A DNA stretch of 64,000 bases from Mytilus edulis (lineage: Eukaryota), in contig NC_092346.1 of NCBI RefSeq assembly GCF_963676685.1, positions 34,410,001 through 34,474,000 of the forward strand, in the 5' to 3' direction. Below, one piece after another: positions 63,501-64,000 of the stretch. Both the position numbers and the translations under genes were made by a program. Each line of letters begins with the position of its first letter. The stretch's first letter is position 1. A model generated the notes under the pieces. That model was not told where the DNA came from, did no database searches, and was given only the letters and a program-made list of their open reading frames with translations.

Positions 63501-64000
63501 AATACCAATTATCAAAATGACGTTGTTGATGATAACAACAATATAAAATATATATAATAACCATAATAATAAATTTAAATCTAAATTAGTGATAATAAAC
63601 ATAATGATGATACTAATATATAATAATGACATCACAACAATACAGAGGATGATAATAATATCACAATAATAAAGGTGTAATACCACTATTGATTTCCCCG
63701 AATTAGTCTGCTAAATTTGCACTTTTCAAAAAATATTGCAGATTTATACTTGTTTCAAATAAAGAAATACTTGGCACAAGTCCTGTCCAGTACAATAGAA
63801 AACAAATTCACATCATGTTTCATTGCATATAAGAAAATAACCATCACTGGAAGTTAACCAATATCATATTCACCCTTTCTCTTCCAGGGTTTAAGCTTTA
63901 TTTCAAGTAAGCATGTAACTTCAAGTTCCAAACATATTCTCTAGAAACACCAAATAAAAAAATAATAATGGTGCTTTGAAACACTCATGATATATATGTC

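Noticed and set aside
63372-63686. 104-aa hydrophobic Ile-rich ORF
   Set aside because: Low-complexity AT-rich (ATA/ATT) sequence, non-ATG start, no splice or domain support.

Overview
AT-rich, intron-containing, repeat-dense animal DNA. The repeat inventory (hammerhead retrozymes of about 350 nt, V-type SINE, Helentron-like elements with satellite arrays) suggests a bivalve, probably a mytilid mussel; this is inferred, not verified. Most ORFs in the supplied track are spurious, so the genes below were reconstructed by hand from splice signals. (1) A 5-exon gene (7479-11578, +) for a 139-aa secreted, extremely Glu-rich protein. (2) Three paralogues (14621-18373, 21143-24396, 47911-59406, all +) of a family I do not recognise: 4 exons, 114-123 aa, secreted, with conserved blocks alternating with variable segments. 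(3) Between paralogues 2 and 3 on the minus strand, a Mab-21/cGAS-like receptor (cGLR) whose coding sequence is split by a 1.6-kb CACTA/EnSpm-like transposon; removing the element and one copy of the 2-bp target duplication restores a single 690-aa ORF. Non-coding highlights are minus-strand minimal type I hammerhead ribozymes (a tandem retrozyme array at 16612-17445, plus copies near 45945 and 51044). The window also holds many DNA transposons with diagnostic ends and TSDs (IS3EU-like, Transib-like, Kolobok-like, Harbinger-like, Helitron) and LINE, Penelope-like and Gypsy fragments.
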